Assembly: GCF_009914755.1 (NCBI RefSeq) | Contig: NC_060947.1 | Direction: 5' to 3' (one strand) | DNA from: the human T2T-CHM13v2.0 reference genome, Homo sapiens | DNA length: 64,000 nt | In this document: positions 61,781-64,000 of the stretch, in pieces | How positions within the stretch are numbered: the first letter of the stretch is position 1 | How the letters are laid out: each line of letters begins with the position of its first letter | Notes under the pieces: generated by a model | The model's database searches: none | Told to the model about the DNA's origin: nothing | What the model saw: only the letters and a program-made list of their open reading frames with translations | Made by a program: the position numbers and the translations under genes

Positions 61781-64000
61781 CTTAATCCATTCTATAATTT
61801 CCTCTTTTCTAGTAGTTTTTGAGGAAGGGCCATGCAGCTGCAAGGCTTCTCTCTGGACCCGCAGGAGTGATGGGGAGGGTGATATAGAGGAGAATGGCTC
61901 ACAAACTTGCTCCACCCCTCTCTCCTGCCCATAGAAGCTCCTTAGCTACCCCTTACAGAGGAGACCCTGGGCTGGGTGGACCTTTGGTTTCCCCTGCAGA
62001 GCATCTCTGCTAATTCTTGTGTCTGTCCTTGTCCGAAAGCAGTCATGACTGCAGCTGCCCCAGGGTGCTTTCATCTTTCAAGTCCTGATCTCTCGTACCC
62101 CTTACCACCCTCCTGTCACCCAAATCGCCTTTCCCTGCTCAGATCCCTGATCTCTGGCTTTCCCGTCTGCTGCCAGTTGCTCCCAGCAAGCTCTTGGTAC
62201 CGGATGGATGGGCCTTCATAATAACCCTGGCAGGCAGCTGTGGGCCAGGGCCTCCCCTTTGAGGTGGTGTGTCTTTGATTTCTAGACAGATTAGCAGCAC
62301 ACAGAAGCAAAGCCCATGTAAAAACCTGGAGTAAAAGGACCAGCTCTCCACATGACACATGCCTGTAGTACACCGTGACTGGCAGGTAAGGGGAAAATCT
62401 ATTTGCAGAGCCCAGCAAGCTAGACGCTCGTTCTGAAGAGCCTGCGAGACCTAAAAATACCACAAAGGGTGGGAGGGAGAGAAAGGAAACTTTAGCATGG
62501 AATATTTTCAAAAAATTAAAAATAGAACGGCCTTTGGTAAATGAGAGTCACCAGTTGCTGTTCTGGTCACCACCTATGGGGCTTTCAGGATTCCTAGCAG
62601 ACAGCCAGTAGCTGGCGTGGCAGGAACAGTGACATTATTTTGAGAAACAGACTCAAGCCACCAATAGATAGATGGTAGAGGCAAGTGTGGAGAGATGAAA
62701 TTGCCACGTGGTGGGCTGAATTGATTGGGATTGACAATAAACTGGCCTGGGAATTAATGAGATCCAATAGATGTGGGGTTCTTCTCTGATTTGATGAACC
62801 ACTTTGTCAGGCTTGCTTAACCTTGGTCTCAAATCAGTGAGATTGTGTAGTTTGCAACAGGACCCTGATTCTTCTCCTTTTTTTATTAGGATGCTGAAGT
62901 GCTGCCCCAAATCTCTTGTACAGCCTCCTCCTCCCTCTCCCTTCCTCCTCCCCCTACAGCCTTTTCATTCATTCTGAGCTCTGGCAGGTGTTTGGTTTGG
63001 TTTCATTCTTACTGCCTTTCTTAGAAAATGCCTGGATTAGTGAAATAAACAAATGTCTTCCATATGGATGAGTGGTCCCAATCAAGGGCCTCATATATAA
63101 ATAGATTGGGCCCAGCACTAGCAAGATCTTGGGATGAGGGAAGCTGTGATATGTTAGCAGTCTAGAAGGTTTACCTTGTATCTCTATCCAGGCCTGGAAG
63201 AAAAATGGTACCTGAAAAAGGATCAGGCTTATGCAGAGGAGGAAACTGGATTTCTGCTCTCTAAGGGGTTCAACAATTCAACTCATCAGTGTAGGCACAG
63301 TTGGGAAGGGTTTAGAACAGGGGCACGTGTTCTCAAAAAGGCAATTCCCAAGGGAACCCAAGGTACAAATGTAGACTGCAGGCTCTGGAGGCAATCTGAT
63401 TTATTTTCCAGTTCCCCTATAACAGATGAAGCAGAGAAGACCCTCAATAAATGTTTGTCAAATGAATAAATGGATGGTGGACTAGGTTGGCATTCACGCC
63501 AAACGAGGGGACTTACCCTCAAGGCTGGGGATTTTTCAGTGAGGAGTACAGCAAACTGTCTTAGGGTTCTCCAAGGACTGGCTGGTTGTCACCTGAACTG
63601 TGCCCAGATTACACATTCCCAGCTGTCAAGTTACCAACTGGCCAGGGGTCAGGGCCACCTCCATCCAAAGAGACAGTTGGCAGGACCATTGTGTCAGTAA
63701 TGTCACATACCTGAGCATGACCTTAAGCTGCCCTCACAGTCCGACCCTGTCCTGTTCAGCTCGTGAGCAAGATCAGGCCTGTGCATGGTTGAAAATTCCT
63801 CCTCCTATAGACAAACTAGGTTGATAAATATTATATGTTGCTGAATTTCCATGGCACTCTCTGAGGATTTCAGGCACTCCATATCATGGATAGTCTTGAT
63901 GTAAAATGTTGTATCATATAAGATGCACCAAAAACTCCTAAGGGTATATGGAGGTACTTAGATAAACAGACAACCTGGGCAAAAAAAATAACTCCAACTG

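Overview
Human genomic DNA: an intact AluYb8-lineage element at 43334 belongs to a human-specific family. The window is repeat-dense intronic or intergenic sequence, and I cannot identify the locus. No host protein-coding gene, tRNA, rRNA, CpG island or CRISPR array is supported, and the only long ORFs are L1 ORF2 remnants. Roughly half of the window is Alu, L1, L2, MIR, MaLR/ERVL LTR and hAT/Tigger fossils. Subfamily names come from recalled consensus motifs, and boundaries of old repeats are approximate. I found no evidence for a new biological system. The most unusual signals are three local templated rearrangements. (1) An L1PA insertion has, between its TSD and L1 sequence, a perfect 51-bp copy of downstream DNA plus a 100-bp inverted copy of upstream DNA, and it landed in one arm of a 53-bp near-perfect inverted repeat. 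(2) A 32-bp direct plus 221-bp inverted local duplication sits inside an MLT1 LTR. (3) An L1 fragment deleted at one site reappears inverted about 1.1 kb away. Also notable are two putative Gypsy-type pol fossils on the minus strand, a PRDM9-type motif in a THE1 LTR, two candidate exons and candidate enhancers.
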